From Candidatus Latescibacterota bacterium (lineage in GTDB: Bacteria > Latescibacterota > UBA2968 > UBA8231): a stretch of 64,000 nt of DNA. The position numbers were made by a program, and so were the translations under genes. The notes under the pieces were generated by a model. It ran no database searches. It saw nothing but the letters and a program-made list of their open reading frames with translations, and was not told the DNA's origin. This document shows, piece after piece, positions 50,325 through 61,144 of this stretch (positions within the stretch are counted from its first letter, which is position 1; the number at the start of each line of letters is the position of its first letter). The DNA lies in the NCBI GenBank assembly GCA_965243025.1, contig CBDETY010000003.1, positions 2,624,001 through 2,688,000 of the forward strand, in the 5' to 3' direction.

Positions 50325-51545
50325 ATGCCATTCGACCTGCTGCTCACCGGCGGCCACGTCATCGATCCCGCCAACTCCATCGACACCCTTGCCGACGTCG
50401 CCGTCAGCGACGGCAGGATCGCCGCCGTAGAGGCCGGAATCCCCTCCTCGCAGGCCGGCAGAACGATCGACGTCTCCGGGCTCTACGTGACCCCAGGGCT
50501 CGTCGACGTCCACGTCCACCTCTACGCCACCCCGGGCAACCGCAATGCCTGGGCAGGGGACAAGAGCGTCCTGCCGGACGGCTTCAGCTTCCGCACCGGG
50601 GTCACGACCATGGCCGACACCGGATCGGCCGGCTGGCGCAACCTCGATGACTTCCGCCACCGCGTCATCGACCGCTTCGACACCCGCGCCTACGCCTTCG
50701 TCAACATCGCCGGTCTCGGCATGGCCACCGACAGCACCGAGCAGAACACCGCCGACATGGACCCGGAGCGGACCGCGGCCATGGCGCGCGAGCACGCCGA
50801 TATCGTCGTCGGCATCAAGACCGCCCACTACCGCGGGCCGGACTGGACCTCCGTCGACCGCACCCTCGATGCCGGACGGCGCGCCGGCCTCCCGGTCATG
50901 GTCGACTTCGGCTTCTTCCATCGCACCCGGCCCTACTACGAGCTCGTCGGCGAGCGCCTGCGGCCCGGCGACATCAGCACCCACATGTACCGGGGCCCGA
51001 TTCCGATCCGCGGCGGGGACGGCAACCTCTATCCCTACCTGTGGCAGGCGCGCGAGCGGGGAGTGCTGTTCGACCTGGGGCACGGGGCGGGAAGCTTCGT
51101 CTGGGCCAACGCCGTTCCCTGCATCGAGCAGGGGTTCTGGCCCGATTCGATCTCCACCGACCTTCACACCATGAGCATGAACATCGGAATGCTCGACATG
51201 GCGACCACCATGTCGAAATGCCTGGTGATGGGGATGCCCCTCAACGACGTGATCAAGGCCTCGACCGTCGACGCGGCGCGGGTTATCGGCCGGCCCGAGC
51301 ACGGCCACCTTGCGGTCGGGGCGGCCGCCGACATCGCCGTGCTGCGGATGCTCGAGGGCTCTTTCGGATACCTCGACTCGTTCGAGGGCCGCTACGAGGG
51401 GGACCGGCGTCTGGTCTGCGAGCTGACCCTGAAGGACGGCGAGGTGATGTGGGACTGGAACGGCCGTTCCGGGGTCGACTACCGCGAGATGGGGGACAGC
51501 GTCGGCATCAGGGGCGGCGAAGAGCGCACCCCTCCTCCCGCCTGA
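50325..51545 (+). CDS. Amidohydrolase/deacetylase family metallohydrolase (dihydroorotase-like)
   Basis: PGLVDVHVH, GIK, PGDISTH, DLGHG.GSF, ISTDLH. Confidence 0.9.
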   Translation: MPFDLLLTGGHVIDPANSIDTLADVAVSDGRIAAVEAGIPSSQAGRTIDVSGLYVTPGLVDVHVHLYATPGNRNAWAGDKSVLPDGFSFRTGVTTMADTGSAGWRNLDDFRHRVIDRFDTRAYAFVNIAGLGMATDSTEQNTADMDPERTAAMAREHADIVVGIKTAHYRGPDWTSVDRTLDAGRRAGLPVMVDFGFFHRTRPYYELVGERLRPGDISTHMYRGPIPIRGGDGNLYPYLWQARERGVLFDLGHGAGSFVWANAVPCIEQGFWPDSISTDLHTMSMNIGMLDMATTMSKCLVMGMPLNDVIKASTVDAARVIGRPEHGHLAVGAAADIAVLRMLEGSFGYLDSFEGRYEGDRRLVCELTLKDGEVMWDWNGRSGVDYREMGDSVGIRGGEERTPPPA

Positions 51546-51551
51546 GCGGGA

Positions 51552-52775
51552 CTACACCACGGCGACCGAGGTGCGCTCGATCTCGTCCCAGTCCGGTTCC
51601 GGGGGCCGCACCGGCTTCCAGGCGATCGACATCCAGCCGTCCTCGACGACCGTAGTGCCGAGACAGTCGAGCTCGTCGTCCGCCGGGCGTGGAGAGAGCC
51701 CGCCGCCGGCCGCCTCGAAGATCGGGTCGTTGCTGTTGGCGAGGATGGTGTTGGGGTCGCCGCCGTGAACCCGGACGCCGAAGCTCTCGGCGAGCTGGGC
51801 CTGCTTCACGGACCCGGTGATGCCCACCCCGCGCTGGCGCACGATGTCGGCGGCCCCGAGGGCGAGGTAGGGAGCGGTGTTGAACGGCTGGCCGCCGATG
51901 GCGCCGATCCACTCCAAGGTCAGGACCGGCAGGTCGAGGGCGTCGCACAGCTTCTTCAACCCCATGATGTCGTAGTCCTGCAGGGGCTCCTCGATCCAGG
52001 TGTAGTTGAGCTTCTCCAGCTGCCGCCCGATCTGGATCGCCTCCATGCAGGTGTAGGATTCCACCGGGTCGTGGAGCAGGATGAAGTCGTCCCCGAGGGC
52101 CCGGCGCAGCTCGGTCCCGAGCTCGGTGTTCCCCCTGACACCGCGGTAGGAGTGGTCCTTGCAGCCGACGAAGCCGTCCTCCCTGACCTTGAGGGCGCTG
52201 GCGACCAGGTCGTCGATGGTGTCGCCGCCGATGTTGCGGTACGCCGGGATGCGCTCCCGCGAGGCTCCCAGCAGCTTGTAGACCGGCATGCAGGCGTAGC
52301 GGCTCGCCAGGTTCCAGAGCATGCGGTCGACCATGTCGACGACGCCGCGGCCGGTGTAGAAGAAGCGCTGCGCGTACCACAGCCGCTGCCAGATGAACTC
52401 GCGGTCGAAGGCGTCGACCCCGAGCAGCATCGGCGCCAGCCTGACCTTGAACTCCTTGGCCGCCCACTCGAGGTCGTCGGCGTGGAAACCCCTGCCGAAA
52501 CCGGCGTAGGCGTCGAAATCGCCGTCGGTGACCAGGCGGATGGTCGACTTGAAGTGCGGGCTTTCTTCGGCGGCTGTGTACTGGAGGCAGAGGGCGCCCG
52601 GATCGATCAGGTCTTCGTCGATGCGGATCGAACCGTCGCGGAAGCCGCCGGAGTGGGTGAACAGACCCGACAGGCCGGGAGGGACCTTTTCGATCGTTCC
52701 CATGCCTCCGTTCGCGACGCTTCGGCGGCGGGTGCCGTCGGGCTGTATGTAGAATTTTACGTCCCTGATCAACAT
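51552..52775 (-). CDS. Mandelate racemase/muconate lactonizing enzyme family
   Basis: MPVYKLLG, CKDH, HDP, WIEEPL. Confidence 0.85.
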   Translation of the reverse strand: MLIRDVKFYIQPDGTRRRSVANGGMGTIEKVPPGLSGLFTHSGGFRDGSIRIDEDLIDPGALCLQYTAAEESPHFKSTIRLVTDGDFDAYAGFGRGFHADDLEWAAKEFKVRLAPMLLGVDAFDREFIWQRLWYAQRFFYTGRGVVDMVDRMLWNLASRYACMPVYKLLGASRERIPAYRNIGGDTIDDLVASALKVREDGFVGCKDHSYRGVRGNTELGTELRRALGDDFILLHDPVESYTCMEAIQIGRQLEKLNYTWIEEPLQDYDIMGLKKLCDALDLPVLTLEWIGAIGGQPFNTAPYLALGAADIVRQRGVGITGSVKQAQLAESFGVRVHGGDPNTILANSNDPIFEAAGGGLSPRPADDELDCLGTTVVEDGWMSIAWKPVRPPEPDWDEIERTSVAVV

Positions 52776-52969
52776 GGCGGTCAGCTCGGGATGGGCATTC
52801 TTCGAGGGATTGAGTCAGATGGCCGCCAACCTAAGCCGCCCCCACGGCCGGGTCAATTGACAGGGAAGCCGGCATTTTGAATGATACTGGGCCGCATCCC
52901 CGGAGGGCGTTGCCCGGCTCGGGCGGCCCCCCGATTGCCCCTGCGAATTCAAAACGGAGTGAGCGAAGC

Positions 52970-53368
52970 ATGACTGCCAGAACCTCCCTGCGACCACCCG
53001 GCTGGACCTGGGCCGCAAACCTCAGCCACGACCTGGGGGTCCAGGTGGGAGACACGATCTGGGTCTCCGGGCAGGTGGCGTTCGACCCCGGGGGCAGCAT
53101 CGTCGGCGGCGACAGCATGCGCGCCCAGGCCGACCAGGTCTTCGCCAACATCGCCGCGGTGCTCGCCGTCGGCGGAGCCACTCTGGACGACGTCGTCAAG
53201 ATCACCGCCTGGCTGACGGACATGGAGCGCTACGGCGAATACAACGACGCCCGCGCCGCCGCCTTTCCCGGGCGCCTGCCGGCTAGCGCGACGGTGATGT
53301 CCCCGCAGCTGGTGGTGCCCGGTCTCCTGGTCGAGGTCGAGGCGGTCGCCGTGGTGGGAACGACGTGA
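52970..53368 (+). CDS. RidA/YjgF/UK114 family protein
   Basis: VSGQV, VVKIT, PASA, LVEVEAVA; GGAG RBS. Confidence 0.88.
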   Translation: MTARTSLRPPGWTWAANLSHDLGVQVGDTIWVSGQVAFDPGGSIVGGDSMRAQADQVFANIAAVLAVGGATLDDVVKITAWLTDMERYGEYNDARAAAFPGRLPASATVMSPQLVVPGLLVEVEAVAVVGTT

Positions 53369-53817
53369 TCGAGAGCCTGGTTCCCTGGTACCTCTGGCTG
53401 AAGGCCATCCACTTCATCTCGGTGATCGCCTGGATGGCCGGGCTTCTCTACCTGCCGCGGCTGTTCGTCTACCACACCGGGGTCGCCGTCGACTCCGAGG
53501 CCTACAGCACCTTCGAGACGATGGAGCGCCGCCTGCTCCGGGTCATCGTCAACCCTTCGGGAATCGTCGTTTTCGTCACCGGAATCCTGCTGATCGCCGC
53601 CACCGGCTACGGCGCTCCCGGCACCGGGGGCTGGATGCACCTCAAGCTCCTGCTCGTCCTCGCACTGGGGGGGCTGCACGGCATGATGGCGCGCTACCGC
53701 AAGGACTTCGAGCGCCGGCAGAACAGGCGGACGCAGAAGTTCTACCGCGTCTTCAACGAGATCCCGGCTGTGCTGATGATCGCCATCGTCCTCCTCGCCG
53801 TCCTCAAGCCGTTCTGA
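53365..53817 (+). CDS. hemJ: Protoporphyrinogen oxidase HemJ
   Basis: KAIHFISVIAWMAGLLYLPRLFVYH, MERRL, NEIP, KPF. Confidence 0.95.
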   Translation: MIESLVPWYLWLKAIHFISVIAWMAGLLYLPRLFVYHTGVAVDSEAYSTFETMERRLLRVIVNPSGIVVFVTGILLIAATGYGAPGTGGWMHLKLLLVLALGGLHGMMARYRKDFERRQNRRTQKFYRVFNEIPAVLMIAIVLLAVLKPF

Positions 53818-53819
53818 CC

Positions 53820-54668
53820 ATGCTGTTCGGAGCCCACCAGTCGATCTCGGGAGGGGTGTTCCGGGCGATCGAGCGCGGCCGTGAGGCCACCTGCGACACC
53901 GTCCAGATCTTCAACAAGTCCAACAACCAGTGGCGCGCCAAGAAGCTGGCCGCCGCCGAGGTCGACCAGTTTCTCGAGGCGATCGAGACCACCGGGATCG
54001 GGGTGGCCTGCTCCCACGACAGCTACCTGATCAACCTCGCCTCGCCCGATCCCGAACTCGAGGAGAAGTCGCTGCGCTCCTTCGTGACCGAGGTTGAACG
54101 CTGCAACCTCCTGCGCATTCCCAACCTCGTCTTTCACCCGGGCTCCCACGTCGGCTCCGGGGTCGAGCCCGGACTCGACCGCATCGCCGCCAACCTCAAC
54201 CGCGTCTTCGAGGAGGTACCTGACAACGAGGTCTGCCTGTGCCTGGAGGCGACTGCCGGGCAGGGCACCAACCTCGGCCACCGCTTCGAGGAGCTCGCCT
54301 GGATCATCGAACGGGTCGACAACGAAGGACAGATGGGGGCCTGCATCGACACCTGCCACCTTTTCGCCGCCGGCTACCCCCTCGCCGATGCCGGTGAGTA
54401 CGCCGCGACCATGGGGCAGTTCGACGAAATCGTCGGCCTCGGGCGGCTGAGGATAATCCACGCCAACGACAGCAAGAGGGAGCTGGGCTCCCGCGTCGAC
54501 CGCCACGAGCATATCGGAGAGGGGGAAATCGGCCTGGAGGGGTTCCGCCACGTCGTCAACGACGAGCGCCTGCAGGAGATCCCGGTGATCATCGAGACCC
54601 CCAAGGGGGAAGACCTGGCCGAGGACGTCGAGAACCTCCGGGTGCTGCGCTCGCTGGTCGCCTCCTAG
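53820..54668 (+). CDS. nfo: Endonuclease IV
   Basis: GAHQSISGG, HDSYLINL, HPG, E.TAGQG, DTCH, HANDSK, DRHEHIG, ETP. Confidence 0.96.
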   Translation: MLFGAHQSISGGVFRAIERGREATCDTVQIFNKSNNQWRAKKLAAAEVDQFLEAIETTGIGVACSHDSYLINLASPDPELEEKSLRSFVTEVERCNLLRIPNLVFHPGSHVGSGVEPGLDRIAANLNRVFEEVPDNEVCLCLEATAGQGTNLGHRFEELAWIIERVDNEGQMGACIDTCHLFAAGYPLADAGEYAATMGQFDEIVGLGRLRIIHANDSKRELGSRVDRHEHIGEGEIGLEGFRHVVNDERLQEIPVIIETPKGEDLAEDVENLRVLRSLVAS

Positions 54669-54873
54669 GACTCGGTCATGGGACTCGGGGACCGATCCCG
54701 GGGCATACCTCACACCCGCCGCCGGCAAGCTCCAGTGCCCGCTTTTGTCCTCCGGGTCCGGATGAATCGCCGTGGGCCCTTGTATCGAGCCCACCGGCCG
54801 CTGCTGCGGGTTCGGAGATATCGGCGTGAATCCCGCGGCATCGAGCGCACCGGCGGTTCCCACGTGCTGAAAG

Positions 54874-55572
54874 TCAGGGGCCGCGGAACTCCGCCTTGTT
54901 CCAGTACTTCCCCAGGTTCGTCCTGATCCATTCGAGAGGTGCGGAGCGGAGCGCGTTGAAGCCGCCCCAGGTCCAGCGCTCCGGCAGCCGGCGCCCGATC
55001 AGCCGGCGGATCAGCTTCTGCCGCTCCTCCCCTTCCACGAGCTCGACCTTTCCTCCCAGGCGGACGAGGGCGCGCTCGTAGGCCGAGGTGATCAGGTTGC
55101 TGGCGTGGCGGGCGAGCTTTTCCGGCTGCGTCACCATGACCCGCGGGCAGACCATGCCCCCCTCGCGGATCGCGAACCCCCTGAGCCAGCGCTCCGGGAC
55201 CTCCCCCTCGTGGCGCTCGACCGCCTCGGCAATGGCAGAAGGGGTCATCACCCCGTAGGTGCGGCAGATCAGCGGCCGCACCGGGTAGATCGAGCAGCGG
55301 TTGTCCCCGGCCAGGAACGGGCACCGCCGCGGCCGCTCCTCGGTTGCCGCCAGCAGCTCCTCGCGCTTCTCCCCGGGAAACTTCTCCCCCACCCAGCGGA
55401 CGATGTTGAGGTACTCGGCGCGGTAGAGGGGGAACATGGTCGCGTACCCCTCCTCCATCTCCTTCTCGGTCAGGAAGCAGCATTCCCCGGAACTGGCGCA
55501 GCAGGTCGCCGGCACCTGCTCGTAGAGCTCCCGCAGCTCTTCGGCGAGCTGTTCCCCGTTCAGTCGCTGCAC
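54874..55572 (-). CDS. YkgJ family cysteine-cluster protein
   Basis: CCASSGECC, CPFL...CSIYPVRPLICRTY; GTG start uncertain. Confidence 0.8.
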   Translation of the reverse strand: MQRLNGEQLAEELRELYEQVPATCCASSGECCFLTEKEMEEGYATMFPLYRAEYLNIVRWVGEKFPGEKREELLAATEERPRRCPFLAGDNRCSIYPVRPLICRTYGVMTPSAIAEAVERHEGEVPERWLRGFAIREGGMVCPRVMVTQPEKLARHASNLITSAYERALVRLGGKVELVEGEERQKLIRRLIGRRLPERWTWGGFNALRSAPLEWIRTNLGKYWNKAEFRGP

Positions 55573-55669
55573 CGGAAGTCTCCCGCTCCCCCGGAGGGGC
55601 TTCCCGGGAGCAGCCGTTGATTCCGGACCGCTGCCCTGCCGGGCGGCAGCCTCCCGAAACCGGGCATGC

Positions 55670-57769
55670 TCAGAACCGGTGCTCCCGCTTCCGCCGCCCC
55701 GCCCCTCCATGCAGGGGGCAGCGCTCGGGCAGGACTCCGTCGGCGATGAACAGCTCCTCCGACTTTCTCGGGCAGTAGCGCGTCGCCAGGCGGTCGCTGT
55801 CCTCGCAGACCTGCAGGGAGGTGACCGACCCTTCGGGGTAATCGAAGCCCTTCCGGCGGCGCTTCCGGTACTCGGGGACGGTGTCGTACACCTCCTTCAT
55901 GAAGTGGGCCCACAAAGGGAGGGCGGCGCGCGATCCCGGCTGCCTCCCGAGAGTCTGGGCCGGGTCGTCCATCCCCACCCAGACCCCGGCTACCAGGTGC
56001 GGGGTAAAGCCGATGAACCACGCATCGGCGTACTCGTTGGTGGTTCCGGTCTTGCCGCCGGCCGGGGAGTGGAAGCCGTAGCGGGTGCGGGCCCCGCGGC
56101 CGGTCCCGCCCACCTCGTCCATGACCGACCGCATCAGGTCCGTCATCAGCACCGCCACCGACGGGCGCAGCACCTCCTTGGCAATCGCCGAGGCCTCGTA
56201 CACGAGGTTGCCCTCGGAATCCTCGATGCGCTCGACGACGACCGGGGGGACGAGCACCCCCTTGTTGGGGAACACGCCGAAGGCGGCGACCAGCTCGAGA
56301 AGGAGGACCTCGCTGGTGCCGACGCCGATCGACTCGAAGGGCCGGATCGGGGTCGTGATCCCCATGTTGCGCGCGTACTGCACGACGCGTTCGGGACCTA
56401 CCTCGATCGCCAGCTTCAGGGCCACGAGGTTGCGCGACTGCTTGAAGGCGTCGCGCAGCGTCATCGGCCCCTTGAACTTGCGGTCGTAGTTCTCTGGATC
56501 CCAGACCTTTCCGGTGACCGGATCGACGATGGTGATGGCGTTGTCCTCGTACACGTCGATGGGGAAGATCCCGTTGTCGAAAGCCGCGGTGTAGACGAAC
56601 GGCTTGAAGGAGGAGCCGGCCTGGCGCAGGGCCTGGGTCGCCCTGTTGAACTCGCTGTCGCTGAAGTCGCGGCCGCCGATCATGGCCAGAACGCGCCCGG
56701 TGGCCAGATCCATGGCCACGAAGGCGGCCTGGACAAGGGCGGAATCCGGCGTTCCCGGGCCGTGGGGCCGGGACCCCATGGACTTGTCGACCCTCTCCTG
56801 CACCTTGCCGATCTCGGTGACGAACAGGGTTTCGGCGATCCGCTGCAGCCGCGAATCGAGGGTGGTGTGCACGGTGAAGCCGTCGCGGTAGAGGGAGCGG
56901 CCGTACTCGCGGTTGAGCTGCTGGCGGACGTGCTCGACGAAGTAGGGGCCCAGGCCGTAGGTCTCGGCGTGCCTCCGCTTGCGCACTTCCACCGGCAGCT
57001 TCTGCAGCCGCAGGGCGTCCTCCTCGGTCAGGTTGCCGGAGCGCATCATCTGCGAGAGCACCTCGTTGCGGCGCCGGGTCGCGCGCTCGGGATCGACCAT
57101 GGGACTGTAGTAGTTGGGGGCCTTCAGCAGCCCGGCGAGAAGGGCGCACTCCTCGACCGCCAGCTGCGCCGGTTCCTTGTCGAAATAGAGGCGCGCCCCG
57201 GACTTGAGGCCGTGCGCGTCGTGCCCGAAGAAGACGGTGTTGAGGTACATCGTCAGGATCTCGCGCTTGGTGTACAGGCGCTCGACGTGAACGGCCGTGA
57301 TCTGCTCGCGGATCTTGCGCGCGTAGGTCGCCATCACCTCTTCGAAAGTGCCGCTGCCGCTCTGGCGGCCGACCTGCCGGTACAGGTTGCGCGCCAGCTG
57401 CTGCGTCAGGGTGCTCGCCCCCTCGGCGGTCGGATCGAGCGAAACGACGTTGGCGTACACCGCTCCGAAGATCCGCCGCAGGTCGATGCCCCAGTGCGAG
57501 TAGAAGCGGCGGTCCTCGATGGCGATCAGGGCCTCTTCCATCCGCTTCGGGATCTCCTCGTACCCCTTGAGCAGCTCGCGGTTCTCCTCGAGGAAGTTGC
57601 GCAGGTGCCGGCCGTCGGCGGAGTAAACCTTGGTGATCCGCTTGGGCTGAAACCGCTCGAGCTCGTCGATGTTGGGGAGATCGTCGCTGAACAGGCTGAC
57701 CGCGGCCGCCAGGGTGATGCCGTACACCGCCGTGCAGGCGATGGCGATCAGCAGCAGGAATTTCAGCAT
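55670..57769 (-). CDS. Class A penicillin-binding protein 1A family
   Basis: EDRRFYSHWG, GASTLTQQLARN, RKIRE, SSFK, SRN, KTG motifs. Confidence 0.95.
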   Translation of the reverse strand: MLKFLLLIAIACTAVYGITLAAAVSLFSDDLPNIDELERFQPKRITKVYSADGRHLRNFLEENRELLKGYEEIPKRMEEALIAIEDRRFYSHWGIDLRRIFGAVYANVVSLDPTAEGASTLTQQLARNLYRQVGRQSGSGTFEEVMATYARKIREQITAVHVERLYTKREILTMYLNTVFFGHDAHGLKSGARLYFDKEPAQLAVEECALLAGLLKAPNYYSPMVDPERATRRRNEVLSQMMRSGNLTEEDALRLQKLPVEVRKRRHAETYGLGPYFVEHVRQQLNREYGRSLYRDGFTVHTTLDSRLQRIAETLFVTEIGKVQERVDKSMGSRPHGPGTPDSALVQAAFVAMDLATGRVLAMIGGRDFSDSEFNRATQALRQAGSSFKPFVYTAAFDNGIFPIDVYEDNAITIVDPVTGKVWDPENYDRKFKGPMTLRDAFKQSRNLVALKLAIEVGPERVVQYARNMGITTPIRPFESIGVGTSEVLLLELVAAFGVFPNKGVLVPPVVVERIEDSEGNLVYEASAIAKEVLRPSVAVLMTDLMRSVMDEVGGTGRGARTRYGFHSPAGGKTGTTNEYADAWFIGFTPHLVAGVWVGMDDPAQTLGRQPGSRAALPLWAHFMKEVYDTVPEYRKRRRKGFDYPEGSVTSLQVCEDSDRLATRYCPRKSEELFIADGVLPERCPLHGGAGRRKREHRF

Positions 57770-57797
57770 CCCCGAAGGTCCTCTCCTCGCCGACCGG

Positions 57798-60700
57798 CTA
57801 CTCGTAGTAGCCGGCGACGCGCCGGGTGTTGTACTCCAGCACGTACTCGACGTGCTCCGGGCTCGCCGGGTAGGACTCGGTCGCCGGGTACGGGTACCTG
57901 CTCATGCCGTGGAACGGCAGCGGCCCGACCGTGAGGGAGGCGGCGCTGTGGAAGTCCATGTCCTTGCCGAAGCCGTCGGAGTAGAACAGGAAGGTCCTGC
58001 TCATGCCCTCGCCCAGCGGCGGAAAGGCGTTCGCGGCGATCTCCATGGTCAGCTCGTCCCCGTGGCCCATGATGACGAAGCGGTCGTCGACCTCTCCCAG
58101 CAGGTCGGACACCGGGCCGAACCGGGTGAAGGCCCCGGCGTGGGTGCCCCAGTCGGTGTAGGGATCGAGACGGTCGTAGTGGTAGCGGAAGGCGAACGTC
58201 CCCTTGATCGAGGTGTGCTCAGGGTAGCCGCGCCAGTGCAGGTCCGCCGCCTCGAAGCCGCGGCGGTGAACGCTGACGTCTGCCTCCGCGATATCCCCGA
58301 CGAGGATCTGGTCGAAGTAGACGGCGGCGGTGGTGGTTATGCGCACCTGCCCGACCCCGGCCGGCAGGGCCCCGGAGAGATCGACCAGCATCCGCTTCGG
58401 CAGTCCCGCGGGGACCCCCATGTCGGCGATGGCGGTGCGCCAGCCGCCGGCCCCGTCGGGAATCTCCAGCCGCGGCGGGGACAGCTGCACCCCGGCCTGG
58501 GCGGCTGCCCAGTTCGAGGTCGAGTGGGCGTAGTCGACCCAGCCGTGGGCAAGCAGCGCCGGGCGCTTCATCCGCGACAGGTCGCCGAGGTCGAGAACCA
58601 GCGAGTACTCGCGGGCGTACCCGTGAATGCGCAGGCGCTCGAAGCCGTCGTACCAGTCGTCGTCGACATGCTCGAGCTGCCCGAGGATGTCGTCGCCGCG
58701 GTCGTCACGGGCGGCCGCGGGCGGCCGCAGCCCGGCCAGGGCGCAGGCCTCGAACTCCGGGTACGGCGGCGCCGACAGGAGCCGCTCGTTCGGGTGCACC
58801 TCGAGGCCGGGGGGATGGTCGACGGCGATCAGCTCGGCGGCGTCGAGGTAGATGATCTCCTCGAGCTGGTTGGCCGCCTGCAGGACGTAGCGGCCTTCCT
58901 TGGGCACCAGCTCCCCGATGCGCACGTACTCGTCGTGGTCGGGGGTGTAGTACTCCCCCGGCGCCGTGAGATAGCCGATGATGCCTCCCCCGAGGAAGTC
59001 GGTAACGAAGCGGAAGCTGCTGCCGTCCCAGGCGTAGAGGATGGGGCAGGAGGTCCCCTTGCGGTTCAGCTCCACGAGGTCGAGCCGCTGCCGCCCCGCC
59101 GTCGCCAGCTCCGTCTGCCGGACCCCGCTCGGCCACAGGATGCGGACGAACTCGACCGAGTCCGCCGCTCCCAGGCCGAAGGTGAGGCTCGACGGCGAGC
59201 GGCTGCCCCCGCGCAGCTCCCGTTTCTGCTGGTGGCTCCGGGTCTTGACCTCCACCTTGGCGCCGAAACCGTCGAGGTTGCTGTTCAGACCGCTGAGGCC
59301 GACGCGGATCCAGCTGCCGCCCGCGGTGGTGTTGGCGTGCAGTTCCCCGTCGGACCAGACGTCGAGATCGCCGTCGCCGTCGAAGTCCTCGAGCAGGACC
59401 AGCCCGGCCGCTCCCGCGGCGCGCAGGGCGGCATCGGCCGGACGGAAGCCGCCCCCGGTGCGCTGCAGGAAGCGGATGCCGCCCTTTCCGAAGGCGACGA
59501 GGTCGAGGTCGCCGTCGTTGTCGACGTCGGCGGCGCGTATGCCGCGGGCCTCCTCCAGAGGCGCTTTCCCCGACTCCCTGCGCTCGAAACCGGGTCTGCC
59601 GCCCCTGTTTTCAAACAGGTGGACTTCTCCACCGGGCGAGACGGAAGCGATATCGATGCGCCCGTCCGGGGACAGGTCGCCGACGCAGATGTCTGCGGTG
59701 GTGCTGCGGCCGCCGGAAAGCCCTCCGAGACCGCGGTCGGCGGCGCGGTCCGAGAAGGTGCCGTCGCGGTTGTTCTCGTAGAGCTCTACCCCGCCGCTGT
59801 CGAGGAGGACGAGGAAGTCGACGTCCCGGTCGTTGTCGAAGTCGGAGAAGACCGCTTCCCGCCCGGGGCCGTCCCCCACCCCGGCCGCCTGCGTGACGTC
59901 TTCGAAGGCGGCGCTGCCGTCGTTGCTCAGCAGGCGCTTGCCCCCGGCTCCCGACTGCAGCAGGTCGAGATCGCCGTCGTGGTCGACGTCGGCAGGCACC
60001 GACCGCGAAAAAGCGCCGCCGAGCGGGATCGACTCCCCGAAGCGGCCGTTGTCGTTGAGGGCTCCGAGACTCGCAGCGGCGCTGATCGCCATGTCGGGGT
60101 CGCCGTCGCCGTCGAAATCGCCGAAGGCAAGGTCGGCGGCATCCTCCACAGGTACCGGGAAGCTCCAGCGGTCGTCGGCGCTCAACCTCTCGCCGTCGCT
60201 GGCCAGCAGGCTGAAACCCGCCGCCTCGGCGACCACCAGGCCGGGCCTGTCCTCGCCTCCGATCCCCGGGACCGCCGCGGCCGCCAGCGGCGGGTCTCCC
60301 GCCGGGGCCTCCTGGCGGAGCTCGAAGGAGACCGCCGCGGCCGGGGCCTCTCGCGTTTCGCCTGCGTAGCTGCCGTCGGCGAGCGCCTCGGCGTACTTCC
60401 CCTGGCCCTGGTAGGAAGAGCTGACTCCCTCGTGTCCGGCGCGGCTGAGCTGGTCGAACTTCTCGAGAGTCCGGCGCCATTCCTCCGTGCGCTGCTGCAG
60501 CCGGAACTGATGGGCCAGGGCGTAGTGGGCGGAAACGCTGTTCGGGTCGAGCTCGATGGCCCGCTCGAACTCCGCGATCGCCTCGTCGCCGCGCTCCAGC
60601 TTCGCGAGGGTGCGGCCGAGGTAGTAGTGCACCAGGGGATCGTCGTCGTCGGCTGCGGCAACCGCCTCGAAGGCCGCCAGGGCGGCCTCGTGCTCCTTGC

Positions 60701-61079
60701 CCTGGGCGTGGAAGATCAGCCCGCGCGTGTAGTGGGCGTGCAGCAGACCGGGGTCGCGCGCCAGAGCTTCGTCCAGGGCCACCAGGGCGGAGTCGTACTT
60801 GCCGAGGCTGAACAGGGCGATCCCGAGATTGGCGCGTGCCAGCGCGTACGTGGGATCCGCCGCCGCGGAGGCGTCGAACTGCTCGCGGCCGCGCACGTAG
60901 TTGTGCTGGTCCATGTAGACGACGCCCTGGTTGTTGTTCCAGCGCGCCTGCAGGCGCTCGGGGGATGGTCCACCCGGCTGGCAGGCCAGCCCGGTGAGGG
61001 CCGACGAGCACAGCACCAGCAGGGCGGCGCTCCGGCACGGTGATTTCTTGACTGGTACGGGCCTCATCTCTACCTTCAT
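57798..61079 (-). CDS. TPR + FG-GAP + ASPIC/UnbV lipoprotein with large C-terminal domain
   Basis: Lipobox GLAC; TPRs; repeated DFDGDGD.D; GAKVEV..LTFGLG...WPSG; SCPILYAWDG. Confidence 0.88.
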   Translation of the reverse strand: MKVEMRPVPVKKSPCRSAALLVLCSSALTGLACQPGGPSPERLQARWNNNQGVVYMDQHNYVRGREQFDASAAADPTYALARANLGIALFSLGKYDSALVALDEALARDPGLLHAHYTRGLIFHAQGKEHEAALAAFEAVAAADDDDPLVHYYLGRTLAKLERGDEAIAEFERAIELDPNSVSAHYALAHQFRLQQRTEEWRRTLEKFDQLSRAGHEGVSSSYQGQGKYAEALADGSYAGETREAPAAAVSFELRQEAPAGDPPLAAAAVPGIGGEDRPGLVVAEAAGFSLLASDGERLSADDRWSFPVPVEDAADLAFGDFDGDGDPDMAISAAASLGALNDNGRFGESIPLGGAFSRSVPADVDHDGDLDLLQSGAGGKRLLSNDGSAAFEDVTQAAGVGDGPGREAVFSDFDNDRDVDFLVLLDSGGVELYENNRDGTFSDRAADRGLGGLSGGRSTTADICVGDLSPDGRIDIASVSPGGEVHLFENRGGRPGFERRESGKAPLEEARGIRAADVDNDGDLDLVAFGKGGIRFLQRTGGGFRPADAALRAAGAAGLVLLEDFDGDGDLDVWSDGELHANTTAGGSWIRVGLSGLNSNLDGFGAKVEVKTRSHQQKRELRGGSRSPSSLTFGLGAADSVEFVRILWPSGVRQTELATAGRQRLDLVELNRKGTSCPILYAWDGSSFRFVTDFLGGGIIGYLTAPGEYYTPDHDEYVRIGELVPKEGRYVLQAANQLEEIIYLDAAELIAVDHPPGLEVHPNERLLSAPPYPEFEACALAGLRPPAAARDDRGDDILGQLEHVDDDWYDGFERLRIHGYAREYSLVLDLGDLSRMKRPALLAHGWVDYAHSTSNWAAAQAGVQLSPPRLEIPDGAGGWRTAIADMGVPAGLPKRMLVDLSGALPAGVGQVRITTTAAVYFDQILVGDIAEADVSVHRRGFEAADLHWRGYPEHTSIKGTFAFRYHYDRLDPYTDWGTHAGAFTRFGPVSDLLGEVDDRFVIMGHGDELTMEIAANAFPPLGEGMSRTFLFYSDGFGKDMDFHSAASLTVGPLPFHGMSRYPYPATESYPASPEHVEYVLEYNTRRVAGYYE
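61048..61076 (+). promoter_or_regulatory. Putative sigma70 promoter of tRNA-Gly
   Basis: TTGACT-N17-TACCTT, lying inside the first codons of the antisense gene. Confidence 0.5.
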
Positions 61080-61144
61080 CGCTCCTTTGAATCGCTTGGA
61101 CTGGGGTGTTCGAGCCCCTTTCGGGCGGGGTTGTCGAGTTTCGG

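Noticed and set aside
52857-52890. TTGACA upstream of the ridA-hemJ-nfo run
   Set aside because: The best -10 (GATACT) is 20 bp away; spacing is too poor to call
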